Origin: a virus
Lineage: Duplodnaviria; Caudoviricetes
Virus record (IMG/VR): IMGVR_UViG_3300017763_000088
Coordinates: 1 to 33,181 of that record
Direction: 5' to 3' (one strand)
Length of the DNA stretch: 33,181 nt
Position 1 is the first letter of the stretch. Every line of letters begins with the position of its first letter. The notes beneath the pieces were generated by a model that was given only the letters and a program-made list of their open reading frames with translations, was not told the DNA's origin and did not search any database. This document shows, piece by piece, positions 6,201 through 15,478 of the stretch. The position numbers were made by a program, and so were the translations under genes.

Positions 6201-9200
6201 TTGAGAGTCTCCTGTTTTATAATTTAATCCCATAGAAGACTGTAAACCAGCTTCTCTCAACATTGTATCAAGTCCAAAAGGTAGCATAATTGTATTATAA
6301 TTATCTAGTTCTTTATTGAATTCTTTTTTATTTGCTGGTGAAGGATCTAATAAATATTTATATATTTGAAGTGACATTCTCATAGCTGGAGTCATATGTT
6401 CTAATACAAATTTATCATTAGCAGGTAAATTTAACATATCTAACAAAGTAGCTTTATCTAAAGTAGGATAGCCTAAAAATACAGCAGCACTTTTTATATA
6501 ACTAGCCATTGTCTTACCACCTATAGCTACAAAAAATCTAGATTCTTCAGGTGTTAATTCACCTTGCCTTCTCATTTCAGCTAGTTCTTCTACAGTACTT
6601 CTTAAATTTTCATTACTTTCTTTAGTAAGCTCACTAACTTCTTTAGCCTTTTTTAATTTGTTTTCGTCACTTAGTTTTTGAAACTTATCATTCATGTACC
6701 AATCTTTAGTATAAGCGTCTTTCTTTATTGCTGGTACATTTTTCCAATTAGGATATTTTTTTAAAGCTTCTGGATTGTTAAAAACGTTTTGTTCAATATC
6801 TGGTACGTTTAAAAACAAACTAGGATAAGATTTAGCGCCTTTATTTATATACGTATTTAATTTGCTTATATCTGAATTTATTTTTTTATTCTTTTGCTCT
6901 ATAACTAAAGATGAATCATCTATTGTGTCAAATTTCCATCCCTTATAATCTAATAAATCTATCATATCTCCAAAACCTTTAGGATCAGAATTTTTATATG
7001 TAATAGGTCCTATAGGATTACCTTTAGAATCTGTTTCAAAATCTATACTACCTCCTACTTTTCCAGGTAAACTTCTTTTAAATTCACTTTTTGTTATATT
7101 AATACCAGAAGGCGTACCTTCTACTATTATACCACCTAATCCAGCAGGCCCAGAAAATCCTAACTTAAAAAACTTCATAAATCTATCAGGACCAACAGTT
7201 AAATATAATTTTAATGCTAAATTTCTACCTTGATTTATACTGGTTCTAGATTTAAAATCATAATTTACTTTTTCATATCCCATTGATAATTCTAAAGCTT
7301 TATAGTTTGGAGGAAAAATTACATTATTTGCCATAGTAATTGCAACTATATCAGCAACTTCAGCAGCATCAAACTTTTTAATAGCAGCTCTTGTTTGCCT
7401 TTGCATACCATCTATTTTGCTAAGCTCTGTAGCTATTTTCTTTATTTTATTTTTATCTAAATCAATATTAGCTTCGTAAAAATATTGAGTAATAGCATTT
7501 CTAAGAGGAAAAGCAGATCCATTTACAAAGTTAGCCTCTAGCATTGCTCTAAATCCACTGCTGTTTAATCCATCTATAAAAGTTTGTTTTACTTGAGGAT
7601 TTTTCTTACCTTCAGCAGCTAAAGTTTCACTGAACTTAACATTATCTTGTTGTAGTATTTCACTAGCTGTATTATCTAATTCAGACTGTATGTCTTCTAT
7701 AACATTGTCTACAAAAAATTCAGTTACCTGGACATCGGTCATACCAGTTCTATCAGCTAAATCTTGTAAAAAATTCTTGTCTTGTCTTAATCTAGATATT
7801 TCAGATCTTGTTAATTGCTGAGCCATTGGCTTTATTAAAGATCTTTGTCTTTCAATTAATGTAGTGTAACCACCTCTAGTAAAGTATCTTTGGAATTTTT
7901 GAGCATCTGGTTTTTCTAACTTAAATATTTGTTTTCTATAATTAGTTACTTTACCTGTATCTGGATTAACCTTTTTAATATCTTCTTTACCTATTTCTTC
8001 TAGCTTAAAAACTTCTGCCCAAGCTTTACTTTTAGCTTTTTGTTTGATTAAATTAGTAGGCATAGATCCCACTATTGTCATCATTTCGTCTTTAATAAAG
8101 TCTATGTATTGTTTAGGTGCAAAACCCAAAACACTTCTAGTAATAGGACCCATTTTACTTTTAATGACCTTAGTCATTTCTTTATCTACAGCTTGGTTAA
8201 GATCTGCTAATACAGTTTCTTTTGATATACCTTGTGTTAAAGCTGTTCTTTTTAAAGTTTTAGTAATTATATCTTTAACTTCGTCCACTAGCTCTGGAGT
8301 TATTATTTTTAAATCTTCAACTGGCTTGATCTCTCTAGCTTCAGATTCAGGAACTACACCTCTTCTAGCGCTAGTAACATCTACATCAAACTTGCTAGCT
8401 TTAATATCTTCTATTTGTCTAGCAGTTTCACTGTCAATAGACATATCATTTCTTACTAAGTCATTTGGTAAATATCCTAGTATTCTTTGGTTTAATCTAG
8501 CGTTGATCCACTTAGGTAAAGATATATCACCAAACCTAGCCATATCTCTATTAGACCACGACTTAACTAATCCAGGTATACCTGATCCACCTGTAGCCAT
8601 GTCAGATACCACATCTTCTAATATTGTATCATTAAAACCGCTGAAATCTCTTGGTCTTATTTTAAGTTTACCTACTTCAAAACCTTTATTAAGTCTAGCT
8701 GTAACAAAATTTCTATATAAATTTCCTATTTCAAGACCTTTATTTTTAAGTGATTCATCACTTTTAAAAACATCATCTACTTTAGTAAACAACTTTGAAT
8801 CTGTTTGTGAAAAACTAGTTTGTGACGCAGCCATAGACATAGTTGGCGATTTTGATTTTATAGCATCTCCTAGTCCTTTAAAGTAATTTAATATCTCTTC
8901 TTGACCACTAAATTTTATATTATAAGATCCATCAGTAGCGGCTTTTAAACCTACATTTAAAAGAGCACCTAAAACAGCAACTTGATTATCCATTTTAGTT
9001 AAATCAATCTTGTCGATGTTTTCCATAAAGCTAGAAACTAATTCTGAAGCATTGTAACCCTTGTCTGTTAAACTTCCTACTACCTCTCCATTAGCATCTT
9101 TATAAAGCTTTCTTAAGTTAGCATTGTCTACTCCCATTTTAACAAGAACTTCTCCTTGCTGTGTATACTCTAGATATTGAACTATTTGATCAGCCATTAG

Positions 9201-12200
9201 GTTAAATCCCGAAGAATTATTAGCAATCAATTTATCAGTAAGTTGATGAGTTATTTCGTGAACACCTGTTTTAGTTAAACCAGTTGCTACCATGTTGTCT
9301 ATAATTGCAACAGCACCTATTTTTGGATCATTTAATCCACTTAATTTTTTTGAACTAATACTATTCATTAGTTCTTGCTTCTCTTGTCTGAGCGAACTAA
9401 CTTCAGAATCATTACCAGCTTCTTGTGCTTCTTCTATTAATTTGTTATATTCTTTATTAACGTAAGTATTAGCCTCAAGTGCAGTTTCAAAAGCTTCGTA
9501 TTTTATATCATTTTTATTAGACCAAGTTTTATCTTTTTCAACTTGTTCTTTTATTTCTCTTCTTTTTATAACATCACTACCAGCATCAAAAATTTCCTTT
9601 GTAGTAGGGTCATAATTTTGACCTTTTTCTTTTCTTATATTTATTACAGCTTCGGCTTTAGCTTTATTAAATTCTGTTCTAGCTTTGCTGAAAGGAGCAG
9701 ATCTTTGAGCAGCCATTGCCATAGCAGCGTAACCATCTCCAAAAGTTTTAGTGTCTGTAAATATATCTCTGTAAAACTCTGTTTGTCTATACTGATTGTC
9801 TAAAATATCTAATTGTTCATTTTTTTCATCTACAGATAATGTTTTATCATTAACGATAGATTCGGCTTCTATTCTTATATCAGCCATGTCTGACAGTCCT
9901 TGAGTATAGTTTTTTACGTATCGCTCTTCGGCTATGCCTTTGTTATTTAAGTTTTGTACAACTTGATTGTCAGCTTCAATAATTGTGTTTTGAGCCTGAT
10001 CTCTTAATTTTCTATATTTATCAATCTCTTTGTTTATATTAACATCTGGAGCTAAACCTTGTCCTTTAATATTTATTTTTTGATTAATAAGACTGTTTAT
10101 TTTCATGGAATATTTACTGATATTTTTGTTTGCTTTTTTAATTATTCCAAGTTCTTTACTATTAGCAAACTCTCTTCTTCCAAAAGCAACAGCACCTGGC
10201 ATCCCAGACATACCAGCTCCCCATACGCCAGCCGTTACCAAAGTCTCTGTCATATTTTCTAAAAACGGTCTTCCATCTATTAAGTTTTGAAGTCCAGTAG
10301 TTAAGCCTTCAGCACCCATTTCAGTTAAAGTTTCTGGTAATAATTCTTTTGTTAAGTAGTTTTTTACAAAAGCTCTTCTACCCATTTCTTTAGCATTGTC
10401 TGTAACAGCTCTATCCATTTTAAGGCCTTTAATTTTCAAACCTTTATTAAGCAATGGTGCAGTACTAATAGCGGCGAGGCCACCTTCTACAACACCGTAC
10501 ATAAGACCTTTAGTTAGTATTTCAGCATCAGAGTAAAGATCTTTACCAGTCTTAAATTCCTCATAATTCATATCACTAACTTTGCTACCAAAAGAAGATA
10601 AACCTACTAAAGAAGAGCTAGAAATAGTACTTAATCTAACAAGTTGAGCTGCTGTTAAACCAGCTGCTTCACCGGCCGCAACAGATAAGCCGCCTGTTGC
10701 TATCATAGATATTATTATAGGTAGTTGACTAGCCACCGACTGTAATGCATATTCACCAACATCGTCTAAATCTTCAATTTTTCCAAACTGCTGGTCTCTT
10801 TTATACTCTTCAGATACGTCTTCTTTGTAATTTTGCCAAGACATCATTACGTTATCTAAAACGTTTCCAGAATCAACACCAATTCCTTCAAGCATTAATG
10901 ATGCTGGATTAACCATATTTAGCAGCTTGCTAGCACCATAGCCTACATTTACTAAAAGATCTGCAGAATTTAAAGCAAGTTGAGAAAAGAATTTAGCTCC
11001 ATCATTATAATTTCTCTTAACAACATCCCATTGCTCTTCAGCATCATTCATTTTAGCAACTTGATTAAAGAAGTTGTTTTGTTGATCTTTGGAAAATTGT
11101 ATTTTAGAACCTAATATTGATTTTTCTTTTTGAGCATTGTCATACAAAGCGGCAGGTACAAGTCTAAAATCATCAATTGGTGTTTCACCAGGCTTGTATA
11201 ACCTATTTTTTAAAGCCCCTTTGTTAGGTATTTTGTAAGCTAATTCTCCAGGCTTTATATTATAAACAATTGTCTCGTCGTTGTAAAAATTGTTTAATTC
11301 TTTTATATTGTCAGTTCCGTTTGCTATAAAATTGTTTACACTTTTTGTAGATTTCTCAACTAAGTAATTTGCTTTTTCAGCTTTGTTTACAGATTTTAAT
11401 TTAGATATTGAAGTATATTTTCTTATTAAATCTTTATCTAAAACTGTATTTACATCAGTGTCTCCTTCTATATAGTCCTCATATTTACCGTTTTTAGTAT
11501 CTCTTTCTATTTCAAGCTTTATATTTTCTCTAGTAAGATCTTGAACCTCTTTAGAGTTTATAGTTAAAGGTTCCTCTCTTTTAATACCATTAGTGACATC
11601 TGAAATATTTAATTGTTGTAGGGCTACATTTAATTCTTCTTCGTATGGCTGTACAATTACTTGAGTACTACTCCCTGTTGCTCCACCCATAGACATGCCT
11701 CCAGATGCTACTGTTCTAGATTCTGGAGCAAAACTTATATTATCTACTTTTTCTTGTATTGATATTCTATCATCTACAGATAAACCTAAAGCACCAGCTT
11801 TATTATTACCACTACTTATTATATTGTTTTTTTCTTCTTGAGTAGCTTCTGGTGCAAATGAAAAATCACCGAAATCTAATGCATCTTTAAATAGCTCTTC
11901 TACTGAGTCTTCTTGTTGAGCTGTAGTATTTTTTATGTCTTGTATTACAGAATCATCTAAAGAAGCTCCTAGAAACTTTATAAATGCTTTCTGAGCTGCC
12001 TTAGGTGTTTGTTTGTCATACATCCCTGGATCAAACAATGATTTTATAGCATGAGTATTACCTCTTGGGTCTTGGATTACTACAAAATCTTTAGACTGTA
12101 TATCTGAAACTTTTGTTTCGACTTCAGAAAAACGACCTAAACCAGTTACGTAAACATCTTCTGCTTTGCTTTCTCCTTTTGCGTCTCGGCCTGAATTGCT

Positions 12201-13022
12201 AGGTGTCCATATTTTATATCCTTCCGGTAAAGAACCTTGAAAAGCTAATCTAAAACCTTCTGAACCATAATCGCCACCAGAAGCTTTGTCTCTTGTGAAA
12301 AATTCTACATCAAAAACGTTTTCTTTTTCTAATCTATCTCCAAACTCTTGCACGGTTTCTTTACGACTTTTCGTCACAAATGCACCGTCCTCTTGTTGAT
12401 CTAGGTATTCAACTTCTTCAGGTCTTTCTTGAAATTCAGCAGCTTCTCTTTTGTCTATTTCTTCTTGAGCATCGGTACCTGGAGCTAATACATCACCTGA
12501 ATAATTGTCCGCAGGTAAGTAATCACCTCTTTTATACTCATCATATTCTACTATAGTTGCTATTTGGTTATCATAGCTAGGCGCTGCTATAGGCTCAATT
12601 AATGCTTGATTAATATCTTCAACAGTGTTTAACTTATCTTTCTCTCTTTGTGCTTCAGGATGATCTTTTAACCAGTTATTAAAGTCTTGCTTTTCTTTAA
12701 AAGCAGAACCCATTTCATCATAGTAATCATAATCTATTTCTCCATTTATTGTTTGAGGTACAAATGGCTGAGGATTTTCTACAACTTCTTTTTCTTCGTA
12801 AGTAATACCTCCTTCAACCGCTGCTTGACCTCCAAGATTAACTTTACCTGCCAACATATCATCTATTGTAGCTCTTACTTCGTCATTGTAATTGTACAGT
12901 TTTCCAAAAACTTCATTTACAAATTCTCCGTCGCCTTTTAGCATACCTAAAAACTCTTGAGAACTATAAGGGTTATCAAATGTTGAAGCATAAGCTTCGT
13001 ATAGTAAATCTTCTGGATTCAT
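3225..13022 (-). CDS. Giant (3265 aa) internal virion/ejection polyvalent protein with zincin, sigma-like and HAD domains
   Basis: Uninterrupted 9.8 kb ORF placed third after two ejection-type genes and the tail genes. It has Gly/Ala-rich hydrophobic helices (about aa 680-950), HEITH (9246-9260), the HAD motifs DFDDT/LTAR/K/FADD (about 5480-5950) and a helical C-terminal domain. Confidence 0.8.
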   Translation of the reverse strand: MNPEDLLYEAYASTFDNPYSSQEFLGMLKGDGEFVNEVFGKLYNYNDEVRATIDDMLAGKVNLGGQAAVEGGITYEEKEVVENPQPFVPQTINGEIDYDYYDEMGSAFKEKQDFNNWLKDHPEAQREKDKLNTVEDINQALIEPIAAPSYDNQIATIVEYDEYKRGDYLPADNYSGDVLAPGTDAQEEIDKREAAEFQERPEEVEYLDQQEDGAFVTKSRKETVQEFGDRLEKENVFDVEFFTRDKASGGDYGSEGFRLAFQGSLPEGYKIWTPSNSGRDAKGESKAEDVYVTGLGRFSEVETKVSDIQSKDFVVIQDPRGNTHAIKSLFDPGMYDKQTPKAAQKAFIKFLGASLDDSVIQDIKNTTAQQEDSVEELFKDALDFGDFSFAPEATQEEKNNIISSGNNKAGALGLSVDDRISIQEKVDNISFAPESRTVASGGMSMGGATGSSTQVIVQPYEEELNVALQQLNISDVTNGIKREEPLTINSKEVQDLTRENIKLEIERDTKNGKYEDYIEGDTDVNTVLDKDLIRKYTSISKLKSVNKAEKANYLVEKSTKSVNNFIANGTDNIKELNNFYNDETIVYNIKPGELAYKIPNKGALKNRLYKPGETPIDDFRLVPAALYDNAQKEKSILGSKIQFSKDQQNNFFNQVAKMNDAEEQWDVVKRNYNDGAKFFSQLALNSADLLVNVGYGASKLLNMVNPASLMLEGIGVDSGNVLDNVMMSWQNYKEDVSEEYKRDQQFGKIEDLDDVGEYALQSVASQLPIIISMIATGGLSVAAGEAAGLTAAQLVRLSTISSSSLVGLSSFGSKVSDMNYEEFKTGKDLYSDAEILTKGLMYGVVEGGLAAISTAPLLNKGLKIKGLKMDRAVTDNAKEMGRRAFVKNYLTKELLPETLTEMGAEGLTTGLQNLIDGRPFLENMTETLVTAGVWGAGMSGMPGAVAFGRREFANSKELGIIKKANKNISKYSMKINSLINQKINIKGQGLAPDVNINKEIDKYRKLRDQAQNTIIEADNQVVQNLNNKGIAEERYVKNYTQGLSDMADIRIEAESIVNDKTLSVDEKNEQLDILDNQYRQTEFYRDIFTDTKTFGDGYAAMAMAAQRSAPFSKARTEFNKAKAEAVINIRKEKGQNYDPTTKEIFDAGSDVIKRREIKEQVEKDKTWSNKNDIKYEAFETALEANTYVNKEYNKLIEEAQEAGNDSEVSSLRQEKQELMNSISSKKLSGLNDPKIGAVAIIDNMVATGLTKTGVHEITHQLTDKLIANNSSGFNLMADQIVQYLEYTQQGEVLVKMGVDNANLRKLYKDANGEVVGSLTDKGYNASELVSSFMENIDKIDLTKMDNQVAVLGALLNVGLKAATDGSYNIKFSGQEEILNYFKGLGDAIKSKSPTMSMAASQTSFSQTDSKLFTKVDDVFKSDESLKNKGLEIGNLYRNFVTARLNKGFEVGKLKIRPRDFSGFNDTILEDVVSDMATGGSGIPGLVKSWSNRDMARFGDISLPKWINARLNQRILGYLPNDLVRNDMSIDSETARQIEDIKASKFDVDVTSARRGVVPESEAREIKPVEDLKIITPELVDEVKDIITKTLKRTALTQGISKETVLADLNQAVDKEMTKVIKSKMGPITRSVLGFAPKQYIDFIKDEMMTIVGSMPTNLIKQKAKSKAWAEVFKLEEIGKEDIKKVNPDTGKVTNYRKQIFKLEKPDAQKFQRYFTRGGYTTLIERQRSLIKPMAQQLTRSEISRLRQDKNFLQDLADRTGMTDVQVTEFFVDNVIEDIQSELDNTASEILQQDNVKFSETLAAEGKKNPQVKQTFIDGLNSSGFRAMLEANFVNGSAFPLRNAITQYFYEANIDLDKNKIKKIATELSKIDGMQRQTRAAIKKFDAAEVADIVAITMANNVIFPPNYKALELSMGYEKVNYDFKSRTSINQGRNLALKLYLTVGPDRFMKFFKLGFSGPAGLGGIIVEGTPSGINITKSEFKRSLPGKVGGSIDFETDSKGNPIGPITYKNSDPKGFGDMIDLLDYKGWKFDTIDDSSLVIEQKNKKINSDISKLNTYINKGAKSYPSLFLNVPDIEQNVFNNPEALKKYPNWKNVPAIKKDAYTKDWYMNDKFQKLSDENKLKKAKEVSELTKESNENLRSTVEELAEMRRQGELTPEESRFFVAIGGKTMASYIKSAAVFLGYPTLDKATLLDMLNLPANDKFVLEHMTPAMRMSLQIYKYLLDPSPANKKEFNKELDNYNTIMLPFGLDTMLREAGLQSSMGLNYKTGDSQWDTRYSELIKLLEFTLVDGTKIGQNSTRFSKMNNNPKTKKANVDLVDSSQVMKPSETQNNGITIIETEILDKALSIARDPNAPVKKIRVFDFDDTLAQSNSLVFYTMPDGTKGELTAEQFAERGSDLLTEGASFDFEDFNIVRDGKPGPLLKVAKAIQNARGTEDVFVLTARAPESAQPIQSFLKSVGLEIPIQNITGLGNSSEFAKSSWIVNKAAEGYNDFYFADDAAQNVEAVKRALDVIDVKSKVQQAKVKFSETVDQTMNDIIYQKTGIESFKEYSDVRAKSEGRDKRSFDLIPASAEDFGGLLYNLLGKGSIGDAQWEWMQENLIKPYNRGINDLTVAQNTLAADFKALKNSLEGIPKNLKKKAFGGFTFEDIVRIDAWNKQDIKIEGLSKRDLKQVDEFVKENPEIGIFSSQLIDINKSNGYYYPGKNWLAGTITTDMREGLRTQGRSKYLSQWNENIDQAFSNKNLNKIEAAFGSKYREALEDSIRRMKTGTNRGVAMGRIESRFLDYVNNSIGGVMFLNARSAVLQTISSLNFIELTGDNNLYKAGKAFANQPQYWSDFMTLMNSDYLVDRRNGLKINVSESEIAESAKTSTNKAKAVIATLLKKGFVLTQIADSFAIASGGATYYRNKVNAYLKQGLSKADADARAFEDFKAKSEESQQSSDPSKISQQQASTAGKVILAFANTPSQYSRIMKKASLDLVNGRGDWKDNVSKILYYGALQNIIFTTLQSALFAVAFNDDDEEQESFLEKYKGVKTLNSMTDNVLRGLGIGGAVVSTIKNIALDIYDRSKKSRPEYPDVAFKLLDVSPPIDIKVSKFKQGMTTWEYGRKDPEAKDPFNINNPAYEAAAKVVASTTNVPLDRIYQKVENIKGALNDDNENWKRLAMGLGWPEWQLMSEKEKEEDRKERALKRKEAKTRKYAYKPVLDEASYKNQKIKQDTEKYFKLTKQEQIQKLDSLGLTKSNIKSLKYEKDRVNKLLELMEK

Positions 13023-13034
13023 ATTGTTAATTTA

Positions 13035-14294
13035 TTAACTTAAATATCCGCCTTGACCAGCTGGGTTGTCTATGTTTTCAAAAGTATCTTCTTCAGATCC
13101 TATATTTTCATCTATTAAAATAGTGCCTTTGTTGTAAGTTTGCTCTAAATCTAACACGATAGCATCAAGGAGAGCATCTTGTGAATAAGTACTAGAAGGA
13201 TACCCAAAACCTGCATATACAGCTCTAGGATTTTTTCCGCCTAAACTTGAAAGTAGGTAGTTAACACCTTCCTTAGTGTTTCTAAATTCTTTAAGTTTTT
13301 CTGCATTTAGTATTGTTTTCTCATCAACATCAGGAACCATTACCTGAATTAACGGGCCAGTAGGGTTATTAGGATTTGGTCTTTTTCCTACTTTCATTTT
13401 TTCAACTAACTTACCTTCTTTATTTTTAACCATTTTAGGCTCTGATAATGTTGTTGCAATATCATAATCTGTATTTTTTAGTTTACCCATTGTGTTAGTC
13501 ACAAAATCTATACGACTACCACCTCCAGGAGCATATACTTCAACCTGTTCAAAAAACTTAGGATTATTTGGATCTTTTTTTACGTATTTTCTATATTCAG
13601 TTAAACTACTTCCTGTTAAAATTTCTCCAGCCTCATCTTCTCTTTTCCCTTTATTAAACTTACCAATATTAAAAGTGTTTCCATCAGCTGACGGGTAAAT
13701 ACCAACATCACCTTTTTTATTATGAATAGATTCATATATAGGTATCATCTCATTAAATGGAGCAGTTTCATCACTTAATATAGCATCTTCTTCATTAGGA
13801 CCTAGATTTCTTTCTTTTATATCTTTGTAAACTCTATAACCACCTATAAAGACATCCATATCTTGTTTAAAAGTGGCTATTCTGTTGTTGTACTGCGCTT
13901 GTATTTTACCTATTTCTGCAGCACCTAAATCAGGTTTAGATATGTCAGATAAAAACCTAGTTCTCATTGCTATTAAGTTCTCCATTATAGCATCATCTTG
14001 TATATTTTTAGATCCCTCTCCTGCGTCAAAATCACCACCTATTTGGTCTATAAGACTTTCTATGTGTGCGTAGTCTTTGTCAAACTTGCTAAGCGCTCTA
14101 CCTTCTCTAACGTCTTTATCTCTTTTTTCTTTATCTTTTTTAGCAGTTGCTTTTTCTGCTTCTCTTTTATTAATAGCAGCTTGTCTTTGAATATTTTCCC
14201 CAACGCCTTTCATAGCTGTAAAAAACTGAGCTATGTTTCTAGCTCCTTGATCTATTTTCATTCGCACCGCCTGCGGATTATCATATGCTCCCAT
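13035..14294 (-). CDS. Putative internal virion/ejection protein (419 aa)
   Basis: Lies between the Gln/Ala-rich pilot-like gene and the giant gene; N-terminal amphipathic helix followed by a charged coiled coil. Confidence 0.55.
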   Translation of the reverse strand: MGAYDNPQAVRMKIDQGARNIAQFFTAMKGVGENIQRQAAINKREAEKATAKKDKEKRDKDVREGRALSKFDKDYAHIESLIDQIGGDFDAGEGSKNIQDDAIMENLIAMRTRFLSDISKPDLGAAEIGKIQAQYNNRIATFKQDMDVFIGGYRVYKDIKERNLGPNEEDAILSDETAPFNEMIPIYESIHNKKGDVGIYPSADGNTFNIGKFNKGKREDEAGEILTGSSLTEYRKYVKKDPNNPKFFEQVEVYAPGGGSRIDFVTNTMGKLKNTDYDIATTLSEPKMVKNKEGKLVEKMKVGKRPNPNNPTGPLIQVMVPDVDEKTILNAEKLKEFRNTKEGVNYLLSSLGGKNPRAVYAGFGYPSSTYSQDALLDAIVLDLEQTYNKGTILIDENIGSEEDTFENIDNPAGQGGYLS

Positions 14295-14318
14295 GTTGTT
14301 TTTTTATTTAATAATCTG

Positions 14319-15008
14319 TTATTTTTTGTCGCCAGGCTTGTAAGTCAGCCCATCTCCAACCATACCAGCTCCTTGTGCAAATCCAGCTACACCAGATGCC
14401 ATAGCGGCATTACCAGCTTGAGTAAGATCCATAGCTTGTTGACCAGCTACTTGTTGTAATCCAGCAAATCTTTGTAACTGCATAATATCTCTCTGCTCTT
14501 GCCTGCCATAAGCGCCAATTTCTTCTTGAATAGCGGCTTGCTCTAAAGCCATTTGCTGTTGTTGTTTTTGTTGCTCGCCTTGTAAGTATAGTTGTTGGTT
14601 TTTAAGTTCTTGATTTTCTATGCTAGCAGCTACTTGTGCTTTGCTTGAAGCGGCTTGTCTAGCTAAAGCCGTTGCAGCACCAGCACCACCACCTGCTCTA
14701 TTGATAGCATTTAAAGTATTAGCTAAAGCTTCATCTGTCTCTTCCATTTTTAAATTAACACCTTGCATTGCTACAGCATTATTTTGATATGGATTAAATA
14801 TTTGATCTTTCATAGCTCTTATATCGTCAGACTTATCTATTACTTGTTGTCTGTTTGCTTCTAATCTTCTAAGCTCAGCTTCTGCTAATTGTTCTTTTCT
14901 ACGTTGTTTTGCGGCAGCTCTTTTGTTTTGTGAGTTCTGCGCAATACCCATACCTAAGCTACCTAAAGCTGTTACCGCTCCTACGACTGCTGTTGCTATT
15001 CCACTCAT
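14319..15008 (-). CDS. Putative ejection/pilot protein (229 aa, Gln/Ala-rich)
   Basis: Gly/Ala hydrophobic N- and C-termini flank a Q/A-rich coiled coil, the composition and position typical of the smallest podovirus ejection protein (T7 gp14/P22 gp7 analogues). Confidence 0.65.
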   Translation of the reverse strand: MSGIATAVVGAVTALGSLGMGIAQNSQNKRAAAKQRRKEQLAEAELRRLEANRQQVIDKSDDIRAMKDQIFNPYQNNAVAMQGVNLKMEETDEALANTLNAINRAGGGAGAATALARQAASSKAQVAASIENQELKNQQLYLQGEQQKQQQQMALEQAAIQEEIGAYGRQEQRDIMQLQRFAGLQQVAGQQAMDLTQAGNAAMASGVAGFAQGAGMVGDGLTYKPGDKK

Positions 15009-15478
15009 TTTTTAATTTTTTGTTTTAAATAATCTTTGTATTCGCTTCTATTTAAAGCGAATAATCTTTTTTCTATAATATCAATGTCTTGTTTATTGTC
15101 AGGATTAGAATGTATATTAACCCATATAGCATCTTCTAATACTTCTATAACTCTTTGAGTTCCTGGTTGAGATATTGCGTAGTAAGGTGCTTTAAAACAG
15201 TTTACGTTTTCAGCATCGGCAACTTTAACTGTACCGTGCATTAAAAACCATGAGTGTAATTCTTTATGTATAGCTCCTACTATTAAAGTATCTTTTTTTA
15301 CATCCATACGTCGCATATAGACGCCTTCTGTGAACTCATCTATTATTTCTAATGATTCAGCTTCTCTAACTGTTTTCTTGCCATCTCCGATGATATTAAC
15401 ACCATCTGCTATATCAATTAAGTTAGTTAATAAATTATCTATTTTATTTTCTCTTTGTGTAATTAAACTTGATTTCAT
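15005..15478 (-). CDS. Cupin-like phage protein (157 aa)
   Basis: FTEGVYMRRM...GAIHKELHSWFLMHGTV...AP...SQPGTQR...EDAIWVNIH pattern of a double-stranded beta-helix with spaced His residues; ATGA-coupled to the next gene. Confidence 0.65.
   Translation of the reverse strand: MKSSLITQRENKIDNLLTNLIDIADGVNIIGDGKKTVREAESLEIIDEFTEGVYMRRMDVKKDTLIVGAIHKELHSWFLMHGTVKVADAENVNCFKAPYYAISQPGTQRVIEVLEDAIWVNIHSNPDNKQDIDIIEKRLFALNRSEYKDYLKQKIKK

Noticed and set aside
3225-13022. Giant ORF as a tape measure protein
   Set aside because: No tail tube, sheath or tail chaperone genes are present, there is no periodic TMP repeat, and context and embedded enzyme motifs fit a podoviral ejection protein.
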